Below, in pieces: positions 11,840-25,364 of a DNA stretch of 64,000 nt; position 1 is the stretch's first letter, and the number at the start of each line of letters is the position of its first letter. The translations under genes were made by a program, and so were the position numbers. Source of the DNA: Octopus vulgaris. Its lineage: Eukaryota. Below the pieces are notes generated by a model that had not been told where the DNA came from, made no database searches, and saw nothing but the letters and a program-made list of their open reading frames with translations. The DNA lies in assembly GCA_951406725.2 (NCBI GenBank), contig OX597831.1:6510001-6574000 (forward strand), in the 5' to 3' direction.

Positions 11840-12043
11840 ACATTATTCATTGTTTGAGAATCAACATGAAAAGCGTCCTTTTTACTTTTCTTTTTTTAAA
11901 CAAGTTTTGGTTAAATACGTGTTAGAGAGCATGCGTAAGTTGAAGGTTAACAAAGATGTTTATGGTTAGCATTAACAAGAATCTTCAATGGAAAACATCT
12001 ATACAAGTATTCAAAGTTAATGAGTTTATTCTTCCAGATTAAC

Positions 12044-12310
12044 GACACCTGCGCTGGTGGCGTGTGTAAAAGGATTCGAGCGAGGTCGTTGCCAGTACCA
12101 CCTGACTGGCCCCCGGCCGGTGGCACATAAAAGCACCCACTACACTCTCAGAGTGGTTGGCATTAGGAAGGGCATCTAGCTGTAGAAACTCTGCCAGATC
12201 AAGATTGGAGCCTGGTGCAGCCCTCTGGTTCGCCAGCCCTCAGTCAAAATCGTCCAACCCATGCTAGCATGGAAAGTGGATGTTAAACGATGATGATGAT
12301 GATGATGATG
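12044..12310 (+). mobile_element. (GAT)n-tailed RTE-related repeat
   Basis: Family consensus ending aaacgatgatgat. Confidence 0.8.
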
Positions 12311-12569
12311 TTTAAGGTTAACAAATGTTGAATGAGAACGATGTAGCAACATTTAGAGGCTTTCGTTTGGCTGTTTTGCAAAGAATCCCTTTTCCTAAGA
12401 GCAAATTTGTCAATGTCTTTATTGATATTGTGTATCATCCTAATTGTGACAACCACAAATTGACCGATAGACCCACATTCCTTAACTGCCATCTTCATTT
12501 TACTTCAACAGCTTGGCTGATGCAATATCTCCCATGTCCAGGTCTTTTCTACACAACACTCTAGTTATT

Positions 12570-12773
12570 ACGGAGATGTACTTGCATAGCAAGTGACCTG
12601 GTCTGAGATCGTGTGCTGGAACGAAAACAATTGCAGCGTGGAAGGTGTTTATAAGCCATTTAAGAAACACACAAAAACCGTTAGATTCACTTCAACATTT
12701 AAATTTAATTTGCCAAAATATTTTCGTCGCTTTGAGACTGCGACCAGATCACTGACAAAACTTTGTGCTGCCT
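12570..12773 (-). mobile_element. ~204-bp hammerhead-bearing element, full length
   Basis: Matches 50876-51079 in reverse; 11-bp TSD ctctagttatt (12559-12569 and 12774-12784). Confidence 0.8.
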
Positions 12774-13108
12774 CTCTAGTTATTTAGTATTGTTATGTCA
12801 ATGATTAATGTGTTATTGTCACTTTTGTCTCGGAGAATGTCACACTTACTCTGTGCTGTCTTGTTGTCCATCTATAACGCTAAACTTCCATAACATTTTC
12901 ACATTGTCATTTTCTAAGACAGAAGGAGGTTCATTTGAGTACTGGACAGCATTATACTTGCTGTGGTTGATATTTGGGGGTTAGACAAATACAGAGCAAA
13001 TAAAGACTGACATAATAAGCTACAGGGATGTAAACAAACCAATACCAGTTGTCAAGTATTGGAATGGAAGCAAACACACATATGCATATGGCCAGCTTCT
13101 ACATAGTT

Positions 13109-13291
13109 TCATCATCATCATCATCGTTTAATGTCCGCTTTCCATGCTAGCATGGGTTGGATGGTTCGACCAGGGATCTGGGAAGCCAGGTGGCTGCACC
13201 AGGCTCCAGTCTGGTCTGGCAGTGTTTCTACAGGTGGATGCCCTTCCTAACACCAACCACTCCATGAGTGTAGTGGGTGCTTTTTACGTGC
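13109..13291 (-). mobile_element. (GAT)n-tailed repeat nested in a decayed SINE A
   Basis: Family consensus; SINE A remnants at about 13000-13108 and 13292-13420. Confidence 0.7.
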
Positions 13292-14815
13292 CCACTACTC
13301 CTAAGATATTGGTCTGTCTGGGCCATAGTAGAAGACTCTAGCCCATGGTGACATGCAGTGGGTCTGCACCCAAAGCTACCTGGTCGCAAAGCAAGCTTCT
13401 TAACTACACAGCCATGCCTGTGGCTAAAAAATATGATTTTCTCTTACAATATATATTTTCACCTTCAGTTTAGTTTATCAATTGTTGTTCAAGGATTAAG
13501 GATATAAAAACATTCTGTTGTTCTGTTTACTTGGTGACATTCCTATTTTTAACCCCCACCCCAACCCATCCCCTCCACACACACACACACACACACACAC
13601 ACCACATTCCATGGGAAGAATTTCAGCAACCTCTTTTCTTTCCTCCTTGTAAGGTGTTGCATTAGTTTAAATGTGTCAAAATTAAGTGTAGACTTCCTTT
13701 TAGGGAAATGGTTCTAATATCAGAAAATTTCATACACACAAACTGAGATAGCAACACAAACTGAGATAGCAACACAAATCGAGATAGCAACACAAATATA
13801 TACATCTGTAAATGCCATATATTTTAAATTTATCGAGTCTGACAAAAGGGTTTTGAAATTTTTACTCGAGTATTTTGAAAAATTGTTACTTTTGACAAGT
13901 TTTGATTTTCAAATCTGATCCTAAACATTTCAAGTTTTATTTTTTTCAGTAAAATAGTCTGCAGGGAATGATTAAGAATAAAGTGAGCCTGTTTAACAAA
14001 AGTCTGGGACAGACATATAAGAATGGTTATGCTTGTATTTTAATCAACATGTATTGTAATAGGATACAACACTAGAAATACCAAAGCACACATTTCCTTC
14101 TTTTTAAAAAAAATTTGCTCTTTTTTTGCTTGAATGTACTTTATTCTGGATGGACTTATTCTGAATTTGTTTACAAAAACTGGTAAACAATAAATTCTTC
14201 TGCCATTTCGAGAAAAAATATTTTTATGGCTGATAAATTCTCAATATTCAAAATAAATCTTTCAACAAGGCATGGCATCAGTTTTGTATGAAGAGTGTGG
14301 AAAACATTATTTGGATTGAGTTGTTAAGAAATGAGTGTCAACCTTTGGAAGTACAGTAACAATTTGAGGTATGTTTCAACATTATTAAACCTCATCAGTA
14401 AAACACAGTCAAACCATTCCTAAGAAATTAATTCTTCATATATTGTTTAATGAATGATAAGTGTATTAATTAACTGTTGTGTATTGACTATAATTATTAA
14501 TTACTGTGAATTCTAATAATGATCCTCACTCTGGTGTTAATGAATGGGCAGCAATTAGTGGAATTATGTTAAATGGTAAGTTTAGAGATATGTGTACACA
14601 TACTTTATTATATGTCAGAACTTTCAAGAGTTTGTATTTAGCTAACTGAAAGAGAAAGCAAACGACTGCTGAAACCTGAAGACAAAGCTGATGTGAATAT
14701 ATTGTTTTTAAATAATAATTAGTTAAATAATGGCAAAAAAAAAAAAAATTAGTCACCCAAATCAAGTACTAGTAGCTTTGGTCTGAAATGTACTGAAATC
14801 TTGCTGTTTTGGATT

Positions 14816-15275
14816 TCATCATCATCATCGTTTAACGTCCGCTTTCCATGCTAACATGGGTTGGACGGTTCGACTGGGGTCTGGGAAGCCAGGAGGCTGC
14901 ACCAGGCCCAGTCTGATCTGGTAGTGTTTCTACAGCTGGATGCCCTTCCTAACGCCAACCACTCTGTGAGTGTAGTGGGTGCTTTTTACGTGCCAGGCGA
15001 GGCTGGCAATGACCACGATCGGTTGGTGCTTTTTACGTGCCACCGGCACAGAGGCCAGTCGGGGTGGCGCTGGCAACGGCCACATTCGGATGGTGCTTTT
15101 ACGTGCCACCGGCACTGGTATCACAACTACAAATTCCATTGATTTTTGAGCGATTTCGAATCCGATTTCACTTGCCTTTCAACAGGTCTTCGCAAGTACA
15201 GTTTTATGTCCCAAGAAGGAAAGGTATGCATAAGTGGGCTGGCTACATCCCAGGTAGAGGCCACTGGTTATGGCC
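14816..15275 (-). mobile_element. (GAT)n-tailed RTE-related repeat, longest 5' extent
   Basis: Extends upstream to cttgcgaagacctg, similar to the RTE ORF end cttgagaggacctg at about 6612-6625. Confidence 0.75.
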
Positions 15276-16040
15276 TAGTTCTTTTAAAAAGTCACCAATC
15301 CTGATTTTTATACTAATAAGCATTTTGTTGCCCATTTTCCACAAACTATAAGCACACAAAGTCAGTCACTATGTGATTGCTCAAATTGCTTGAAATAACA
15401 GCTAAATCTCTCTAAAGAATCATCTTGTTGTCTTAAGAAATAAAAAGGAAATATTTGATAATATGGTTGTAGATATTTATCAAAAAATACCTTGCTGGTC
15501 ATGGTTTGGATGCCTTTCATCATAATTCTGTTCCATCAATGTTTACCTCAGAGCTAAACAATAACAACTGAAACATCCACGGCAACAACTACTTATTTGT
15601 GGAAAATATAAAATTAAGCATTCCTACTGCATGGAGTTTAAATCAAAAAACAGGTTTTATAAATCAATGGACTCATTGTATTAATCCCAGAGATAATCTT
15701 TGAATTTAATCTTTAATCTAATGAATCCCATCTGTCCTTCTTCATAACCATCAAATTTATTAAATGTGAAAGGTACATTTTATTAATATTTTACAATAAA
15801 TTAAACATTTTGATTTTATTAGAAACATTATTATTGAGATCCAGGTTTGGTCTAAACTTTATGTGTCAGGTAGAGTTATTATTATGCAAATTAGCTGCCT
15901 TATTGTATTATGCAAATTAGTTGAAATGCAATGTAAATAAACTAGCTTGTTGTGTATTAATGCTTATGTGTGAATTTGTGTATTAGCACCGGGAATTAAT
16001 ATAGTGTTGTAATTTAACGTTATTATACAATTGATTAATA

Positions 16041-17046
16041 ATGGGAAAGCAATGTAGCCTCAGTCCAGTTACGAGAGCAAAAATCGTATTACTCCACCAG
16101 CAAAAAGTTTCCTTTTCGAACCTCAGCAAGCAACTAAAGTGCAGGAAAACGGCTTGCGTGCAAGCGTGGAAGTTATACTCGGAGGCTGGTCAATATAAAG
16201 ATCAGCAAAGGACTGGCACCCCAAGAAAAACGACGGTGCAGTTGGACCGTCGAATCCACCAACTTTCAGAAGGCAACCGAATGCTGACAGCCATTGACAT
16301 TTGTAAACAATTGTCCAACGAGAATAGTGTTATTTTTACACCACAAACCGTCCGCAACTGTTTGCGAGATTTTGGACTACATGGACGAATCACTGGGAAA
16401 AAGCCAATAATATCCAAGAAATCGACTCAAACACCTTAATTCTGCAAAAAGCCATGCTCAATGGACTGTCAAAGATTAGTGCAGGGTCCTTTGGAGTGAC
16501 GAGTCACGCTTCTGTATATTTGGATCAGATAATAAAACATACGTCAGACGTCACCCAACCAAGGAATTCCATTCGAAATGCGTGAAAAAGACGACACAAG
16601 CGGGGGTGGGGGGTATTTAGTAGCTTTGGTGTTGGCCTTCTAGTTAAAGTTGACGGAAAGCTAAATAGTGTAGGTTTTATGAATCTACTAAAGGATAATG
16701 TTGTGCCATATTTGACTCACCAAATGCCTCCAGGGGCTATTTATCAGCAGGACAATAGTCCTGTGCTCAAAGCCAAAAAGGTTATGGAATTTTTTGATCA
16801 ACATAATATTGACATAATCGAATGGCCTCCCCAGATCCCGGGCCGGAATCCGATCGAGAACTTGTGGAATTGTGTTTCCAAAAAAGTCCATGCTAAAAAA
16901 ACCCATCTAATCTAAAACAATTATTCGATTATATCAATGAAATATGGCAAAACATTCCCATAGAATTTTGTAATCATTCAGCGAATTCAATGCTGAGGCA
17001 TTGTTCACTAGTTATTAAGAATGAAGACTACAACACAAAGTACTAA
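16041..17046 (+). pseudogene. Tc1-family DD34E transposase, disrupted
   Basis: N-terminal HTH with a GRPR-like motif (GTPRKTT), then WSDES, QQDN..34 aa..NPIENLW and a TKY* end. Contains frameshifts and stops. Confidence 0.9.
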
Positions 17047-17114
17047 TATGTATTTAATTCTTGTTGCTCATTTTTGCCACAATCTTAAGCTTTAAATAAA
17101 ATTATAATGATACA

Positions 17115-17334
17115 GTCTTAAACTAATTTTGCCGGTAAATTTGAAACGTTTATATTAATTTAGCATTAGAATTCTTCAAGTTGTATAAAAATAGTCATTG
17201 TCTGCATCATTTGAAAGACAAATAAATTCTGCATAAAGTGTAAAAGGTAGGAATAATTTGTATGGTGTTAGTAACAAAATATTTTGTAAGAAATAGAACT
17301 TTTATCATCGGTCTTAAATTTATTCTTGCCAGTG
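17115..17334 (+). mobile_element. Right terminal repeat of the Tc1 element (IR/DR type)
   Basis: Ends ...gccagtg then TA; internal direct repeats gtcttaaa..a.t.ttgcc.gt at 17115 and 17311. Confidence 0.55.
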
Positions 17335-18819
17335 TAGCAGATTGAGCCACCATGCAGAGGTTTTTCTGCTGCTTGTGTATCATAGTATATATATGCTTTA
17401 TGGTAGAGTGGTGTGACGTAGTGTTGATATCTTATTGTTTAGCCCTAGGCAGGATCATCATCGGGGGTTCCATGTTCCAAGCTAGCTCTACAATATGTGC
17501 CACCTTTTCCCAGTCCTGCAATATGCACCACCAACTTTCAATTCTACAATGAGAGCCTCCTTCTCCAGCATCTTCCCACATCTTCCAGTCATCCATCACC
17601 CTCATTACATTAATTGGAAAATTCAGTCAAATCATTTTAGTTCTTCCCAAACAAAAGATCTGGTTTCAAGACCACACATCATCACTGAATAAATTTGTTT
17701 CTGAGCCAAAGTTGCAATGTTTCATGACCAAGCCCTTACACCATACAGGCTGCTCATCATCTACCTATGTCCCCTATCTTTCATACTTCCTCACCTGTTC
17801 TCTTAATTACTATGTCCTTGTGTTTTTAATTTTATTGTGTCTCCTTGAATTCAATGTTCCAGGGGCTTGTTTGTTTGTGCACTATTGGCCCTGGCCCTAG
17901 CTCAATTCTGACAGAGCAGATCTCTGTTAAAAACAAGGTAGCCATGAGCATCCCATCTTACTTAAATTGTGAATCAAGGACATTACTTTCCAATGTATCC
18001 ATTTTATAATATTTTGGGGTGAGATTTGAGGGATTTAGATGAGATTTCGTTTGTTTACATCCCCACATCTCAGTGATTTGGCTAAAGAGGCCAGTAAAAT
18101 TAGTTACTGAGGTCAATTTGTTTGACTAACTTTACAACGCTGTGCTCCAGCATGGCCACAGTCAATGACTGAAACCAGTGAAAAAGTAACCCCTTCACCC
18201 TATCGACACCATTTATCTGGATGAAGAAATTCTTCTGTTTATTGTTGTTATCGTTGTTGTAGTAGGCTGTAGCCGCATCAATATTATCGGTTTGACTACA
18301 GCTGTTTGGTGCCAATAGCATGGCTACTGCAGTTAAAAATTCAGCAAAGCCTAAACAGCATTACTAGTGACAGGAGTTCTAGAACGTTCCAGCAGAAGCA
18401 AACAACTCTTTCATTGATTTCCATTTCCAGAAATTTCTAGAAATGTTTGATTTCCCAAAAGGCAAAAAAAAAAAAAAAAAAAAAAAGTCGGCCATCGCTT
18501 TATGGAGAAGAACTGAATTTGCTGTGTGGATTTCTCTAGTTCTATGTGGTTGTTGCTGTTTTTGCCGTTCATGAATTTGCGTGTGTGTGTGTGCACGTAC
18601 ACACACACACATAAATATTTTTATGTTGCGTTAGAATAGAAAGGATTTTACATTAAGCCTGAAGAATGACCCAATACTTTTTGTAGAGAAGATATTTATC
18701 ATTTTTTAAGAAGAATTGCACTGACAGTGACTTCGCAGTTTTAGCCTGCTTAGTCTTCATCAGAAAACCAATGCTCTTCTTATTAAAGAATGATACACAC
18801 ATATATATAGATATACATA

Positions 18820-19236
18820 CATGCCAGTGGCACATAAAAGGGCACCATTCAAGTGTGATCGCTACCAGCGTCGCCTTACTGGCTCTTGTGTCCATGCCAA
18901 TAGGGTGCCAAGAGCAGTCAACTGGCTCCGTGCTGGTGGCACGTAAAAGAGCACCATTCAAGCGTGATTGTTACCAACGTCGCCTTAATGGCACCTGTGC
19001 CGGTGGCATGCGTAAAAAGATTCGAGTGAGGTTGTTGCCAGTACCGCCTGACTGGCCCCGTGCTGGTGGCATGTAAAAGCACCCACTACACTCTCGGAGT
19101 GGTTGGTGTTAGGAAGGTCATCCAACTGTAGAAACTCTGCGAGATCAGATTGGAGTCTTGTTCACCAGCCCTCAGTCAAAATCGTCCAACCCATGCTAGC
19201 ATGGAAAGCGGACATTAAGCAATGATGATGATGATG
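18820..19236 (+). mobile_element. (GAT)n-tailed RTE-related repeat with four modules
   Basis: Family consensus. Confidence 0.8.
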
Positions 19237-19362
19237 ACATGCATACACACACACATACACAAAAACACACACACATACATTCATACATATGTGTATATGT
19301 GTGTGTATTTTGTGTGTGTGTGTACACATACACAGTTTGAGAAAGAAAGAAAGAGAGAAATA

Positions 19363-19394
<32 letters not shown>

Positions 19395-21083
19395 AAGCCC
19401 AATAAATTGATAAATTACAGTATAACACTGAACAAATATGGAAGTGAGGAGGTGATGGTGCAGTCAACTGCTTTGATCTTTGCAATCTAATCAGCCATAA
19501 AAATTCACCATTCATCTAAAACTGAGACATTTGTTTGTTTTTTTCTTTTGACTGTTAATATTTGAACCCTGAATAAGGCAGCAAGCTGGTTGAATTGTTA
19601 CCTTGCTTGACAAAATATTCAGCAGAATTTCTTTCCATTTTATGTTCAGAGTTCAAATTTTGCCAGGGTCAACTTTGTCTTTCATATCTTTGGAGTTGAT
19701 AAAGTACAAAAAAAAAAATTTTCATTTATTTCACTCTCACCACCCCAGTCCAAAATGATTTTGACCATTTTTCTTTCACTACACACTTAAAACCCAAGAG
19801 AGAAACATTTTCAGTTTAAAAAAGAATTGTTAATAATTTCAGAGGAGAGTGTGTGATTTAAGAGAGACCTAGCTGTTGTTTCACTCCTTGTTTCTTTCTC
19901 ACTCACACATCTATTGATATTTTTCAATATTTTTCATTGCAGGTGCCTCAATTTGAAAAGGCTACCAGCAGCACGGCACTGGATGTAACTGCTTTCTTCA
20001 TCATTAGGGACTTCAGTGGCTTGAGGACATAATTGGTAATTTAATCAAACAACTCTAATCTAGCAAAAACTGGGTTTATTCTAATAAAAGTTTCTGCTCA
20101 TATTCTGTGTAAGCTTTCTTATAAGATCGTTCTATGAATCTACTTTTAGCTTTGATGACTACACACACATGCATGCACACACATGCATGTATGCATGCAC
20201 ACACATGTATACACACACACACACACACGTTTAACGTTCATGGGTTGGATGGTTTGACAGGAGCTGGCAAACCAGAGGACTGCACCAAACTCTACTGAGA
20301 GATTCGACATGGTATCTACTGCAGGATGCCCTTCCTAATGCCAACCACATTACAGAGTGTACTGGGTGCTGTTTTATATGTGGCGCCAACACCAACGGGG
20401 TCGCCAAGTAAATGGCAAGACAAAAAATCCTCAACTGGGAGTGGGGAGTAGTATTGAAGGGGGAGGGGTGACTCTGTGCCAATTGATGAGGGGTTAAACT
20501 ATGAAAGAGGGAGAGTTGTCTTGCTGTAGAGAAGATACAGGGTTACCCCAGCAGAAGAGAGAGAGAAAGAGAGGAGATATTGATGAAGATGTGCCAGGGT
20601 ATAAACTCAATGTAAGGAGAATAGTAGAGAGGATTGGAGAGGGTGGGTGAGCAGGGAGTTCAAAAGGATGCGGAGGGAGAGAGGAGAAGGGGAAGGCAGG
20701 TGAGTGGTGGACACAGGTTTATAGAGGAGCAGAAGAAGAGCAATAGAAGAGTTTGAGTTTAGTAGGGGGTGAGGATAGGAGGGAGAGTGAGAGATGACGA
20801 GGTGGTATTGGCCTGCAGGAGCTGGGATGGGGAGAGATAAGTGTAGTGCTGGAAGAAGAGATGTAATTTGGTTCATTGGTGTGTGTTTGTGTGTGTGTGT
20901 GTGTCCCCTACCAGTGTGTGTTACAACTTAGCAGCTCAGCAAAAGAGACTGATCCAATAAGTACTAAGCTTAAGAAAAATTAGTGCTAGGGTAGATTTGT
21001 TCAACTAAAACTCTTCAAGGTGGTGCTCCAGCATGGCCACAGTCTAATGACTGAAACAAGTAAAAGATAAAAGAAAATACATG

Positions 21084-21186
<103 letters not shown>

Positions 21187-21451
21187 TTATCACCACCTAA
21201 ACAAGGGTGTTCTATAAAAACAGGTGATACTGCTATTTTAACCCCAGGAGGACACTTCCTACAGCTGGTTATTTAGTGTATGTCACACTTGATATATGTT
21301 CCAATTGAGGAGAAAACTCCCTGTTATCCTAGCTTGTGTGTGTGTGTGTCTGTGTCTGTGTGCACATGTGTGTATGTGCATGTGTATGTGTGTAGGTGTT
21401 GGGTACGTATGTATGTATGTATATATATGTATATATATATATGTATGTATA

Positions 21452-21496
<45 letters not shown>

Positions 21497-22000
21497 ATGT
21501 ATGTATGTATGTATATATATATATATATATATGTATAAATATATATATATATATACATACATACACATATACATGTGTGTGTGTGCATAGACACATACAC
21601 AGCCACAATCACCCACCCACATATATTCACACATACACATACTTACTTGTAGGCATTTATACAATAAGAAAAAAAAATCTCCATTCCTTTTCTAATAGAA
21701 AGACCAGGTGTTGTTTTTCCATTTCAAACAACAAATGCATTTTTCTTGTGCAAAGTCTCCTGTAGAACTCTCAAAAGAAATGCAATGCTTATCTGCCAGA
21801 AGCAAGTGAAATGAAATTCATAAGAGACAAGACTCTGACCTTTCAGATAAGATATATTGTTTTAATTGTATTGCTGGATATCTTGATCCGATTCAGATTT
21901 CTAGTGTTTGAAGGGAAAGAGAAGCACTTTCCTGCCTTCAATTTATTGTTCTTAAACTGTTCTGTAATTCTTGAACTGGACATATATATATATACATATA

Positions 22001-22045
<45 letters not shown>

Positions 22046-22061
22046 GAGATATATATATATA

Positions 22062-22283
22062 GGGAGAGTTTATGAAAAAAACAAAAGACGAAGACAGATG
22101 GTGTACAAAACAAACAGATGTATTAGTATAACGCTCAGGAATAGAAAAAGTGTTTTACGTTTCGAGCCTACGCTCTTCTACAGAAAGATACACAAAAAAA
22201 AACAAGGAGAGAAACTAGGAGAGAAAAAAAAATGTGTGTAGTGGCTAATGATTTATCATGGTCACTACATACATCTACAAGGC

Positions 22284-22347
<64 letters not shown>

Positions 22348-22500
22348 TCAAAAAAACAAAGGAAAAGGACAAGGAAAAACAACAATGCAACGGCATAGTA
22401 CATGCAAAGTATCAATAACACGCTGAGGGAAGGAAAGAAAGGGTGTTTTACATTTTGAGCAAAGCTCTTCTTCAGAAACAGGAGATAGAGGAAAGTCCAA
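22062..22500 (-). mobile_element. Two Penelope-type terminal-repeat fragments with hammerhead-like motifs
   Basis: Minus strand ctgtagaagagcgtaggctcgaaacgta (22151-22188) and tgtttctgaagaagagctttgctcaaaatgtaaaaca (22444-22480). Confidence 0.55.
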
Positions 22501-22546
22501 AAGAAAAGGCAGAGAGAGAAAAAAAATATATACATATATATATATA

Positions 22547-22756
22547 CACGAGGGGTGCTGAAAAATTTCCTGGCTTTGGGTAAAAGGAAATACAGGAGAA
22601 TCAGTTAATTATGATTTTATTCAACATATTCCCTTCTTTAGATTCACACACATATTGCAGGCGTTCAGTTTTACTAAGCCCTGTAAAGGAACTCAGAAAG
22701 TCCAACCAGGCCTTTCATCAAACTCTTAAAGCCAGGAACTTTTTAGCATCCTTTCA
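22547..22756. mobile_element. mariner-derived MITE
   Basis: Imperfect TIRs cgaggggtgctgaaaaatttcctggcttt / aaagccaggaactttttagcatcctttca; TA-rich flanks. Confidence 0.7.
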
Positions 22757-24689
22757 TATATATACCTTATACGAGTGCCATGTAAAAAGCACTTGTGTCA
22801 TGTACTGGTGCCACATAAAAACACCCATGCCGGTGCCACATAAAAGCATCCAACACACTGTAATGGTGTTAGGAAGGGCATCCAACCATGGAAACCGTGC
22901 AAAATTAAACTGGAGCCTGGTGCAGCTCCCTTGCTTGCCAGTTCTGGTCAAACTGTCCAACCCATGCCAGCATGGAAAATGGATGTTAAATGATGATAAT
23001 GATGATGATAGTTCTACGGTTAAGAAGGTTTGGTTTGGGGCTCAGTGTGTGTGTGTCTTTGTGTTTGTCCCTCACCCCTTGACATCTGGTGTTAGTTTGT
23101 TTAAACCAATAGAATAAATACCAGATTTAAAAGTACATACTGGGGTCAATTTGTTTGGCTAAAACCTCTCAGTGTAGTGCTCCAGCATGGTTGCAGTCCG
23201 ACAACTGAAACAAGTAAAAGAGGCAAACGATATACTGGGCATCCAAAAGTTAGAATTAATTGACCCTGGATCTCCACATCTAAGTGCAGGCCTGGGTAAA
23301 ATTTTTGGAGGAAGACTGGTAGTTGGCCATGCATGAATGTCTCTCCTTCACCATACCACTGATGTTTGTGCAAAGGAAAGGTTTCAGACTTAAACCAATA
23401 CATCTTGGCACCTCTTGATGTTTTTTGCAAACAACTTGCACATGCAAATGCTACCAGTCAAAAACTCCACATACCGGAAGCTAGCAAGTGTATGGGGTCA
23501 TCAGGAGAGAATGCACGCTGTTTCGGGGCCTACCTCTTGACGACATCACTGATATGAGGCCTCACCTGCTAGATCAGCTGGTTATCAAATAAAGCTCAAT
23601 ATTCTTCTAGCCATCGCTCATCGTCTCTTTTTAACCAAATCCAATGGCTAGCCTTCTCCACTGTAGTTTGGATGTAGGTCATGGTGGTATTCACTTTATC
23701 ACAGGTTCATTACAGGTGTCACCATCAAAATGCCAAGAATCAAAGCAGACGCGATCTCACTTGATCCTTTAACAGTTCTGCTAATCCATTAACCCTGGAT
23801 TTGAACTCAGAGTCCAGAAAACTGGGACAAATATACCAGACATTCCATTCAATGTTCTCATGACTGAAAATTCGTTTCCTTCCAAATGAAGTACAAAATG
23901 GAGAAGTTGAAAGTCCGGATCTTAGAAAGTTGTAATTAGACAAGGGTTATATTAAACAATAAGAGTTTCTTTATTGATAACAATAATTAATTTTAAAAAT
24001 TAATACATTCATCTAATTCGTCTCATTAAAATGTATGTCATTGTAACAAATAATTATTATAATTAGGAGACATTGTTACATTACGGACAAGCTAATTACT
24101 AAACAACGAAGAAGCCTTTACTAGGTTGGTTGATTTGCCAGAAACAGTTGTCAAATCTCTTTCAAATCACAACTTACTGGTTTTGTTTTTGTTTTTGTTT
24201 TTTCTTCTGTTCTAAGCTCAGAATAGATTTATAGAGTCCAAAGTACACAATAACTGGAAGAAAAAAAACAAAAAAACAAAAACAAATGCATCCGGGATGG
24301 TCACTGCTGATGTGTCTTTAATGATAAGTCTGATTGATCAGGACTGACTTGATTTACTAAAGGATAATTACAAAAGAAACAGTCTTTATTCATTTGTTTA
24401 ATAAATATTGGCAGAAAATAGGAAACAACAGACTCTGCTTTTCACACACACGCATGCACGCACACACACATGCACACACACACACATTCTCTCTCATCAA
24501 TAAAGGTTGAAGCTTTTGTTTCAATGTTTCTTTTGTTGAAAGAAATTGCTTTGCTTTACTCAATTCTTCAAAAACCATGAAGATTTTAGTGAGAATGAAT
24601 TTGCCATTTTTAAGTTGGCTTTTGAAAAATAAATTAAAATGAAATCTTAACAGAAAGTTTTAACGAACATAAATTGGTGTCATGAAAGC

Positions 24690-24948
24690 AGGGTTACAGT
24701 CAATCCCATGATATTAAAAAGGGTTACAGTCAATCCCATGATATTAAAAAGGGTTACAGTCAATCCCATGATATTAAAAAGGGTTACATTCAATCCCATG
24801 ATATTAAAAAGGGTTACAGTCAATCCCATGATATTAAAAAGGGTTACAGTCAATCCCATGATATTAAAAAGGGTTACAGTCAATCCCATGATATTAAAAA
24901 GGGTTACATTCAATCCCATGATATTAAAAAGGGTTACAGTCAATCCCA
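24690..24948. repeat. 30-bp minisatellite, about 8.6 copies
   Basis: Unit gggttacagtcaatcccatgatattaaaaa. Confidence 0.95.
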
Positions 24949-25324
24949 GGAAATAAATTTTTAATTTTCACTTGCAATCCCAGTTATATCTGAGAGTAGA
25001 AACATTTCTTTTGACAGAATCAGTGTGTCAAGTATGAACTATTTCAATTAACTAATTAACACTGATAGGCAATGGAATGACTTTATCGCTTCAATTAGGG
25101 TGAAAGTTTAAGACAATATTTGTACTTTGAACAGTGAAACTTTAAATTGTTTATCTGTTTCACTGATTTATCACTTCACCAACACTTTACTATTATAATC
25201 ATTATTATTATTAATATGACTAATATTATTAGTATTGTTATTATTGTTGTTGTTAGTGTAATTGTCAAAAATAATTTTTATAGAGCATATTTTTTGAAAA
25301 GCAAAGTTTATTTTGGCCAAGTTC

Positions 25325-25364
<40 letters not shown>

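Noticed and set aside
13738-13796. Short tandem repeats (18 bp x3; also 27045 19 bp, 28028 18 bp, 48945 56 bp x2)
   Set aside because: Ordinary slippage duplications with no further structure.
19943-20035. Plus-strand segment with a good acceptor
   Set aside because: Stops in all three frames and no partner exons; a non-coding exon cannot be excluded.
24690-24948. 30-bp repeats resembling a CRISPR array
   Set aside because: Units are contiguous with no unique spacers, there are no cas genes, and the context is eukaryotic.
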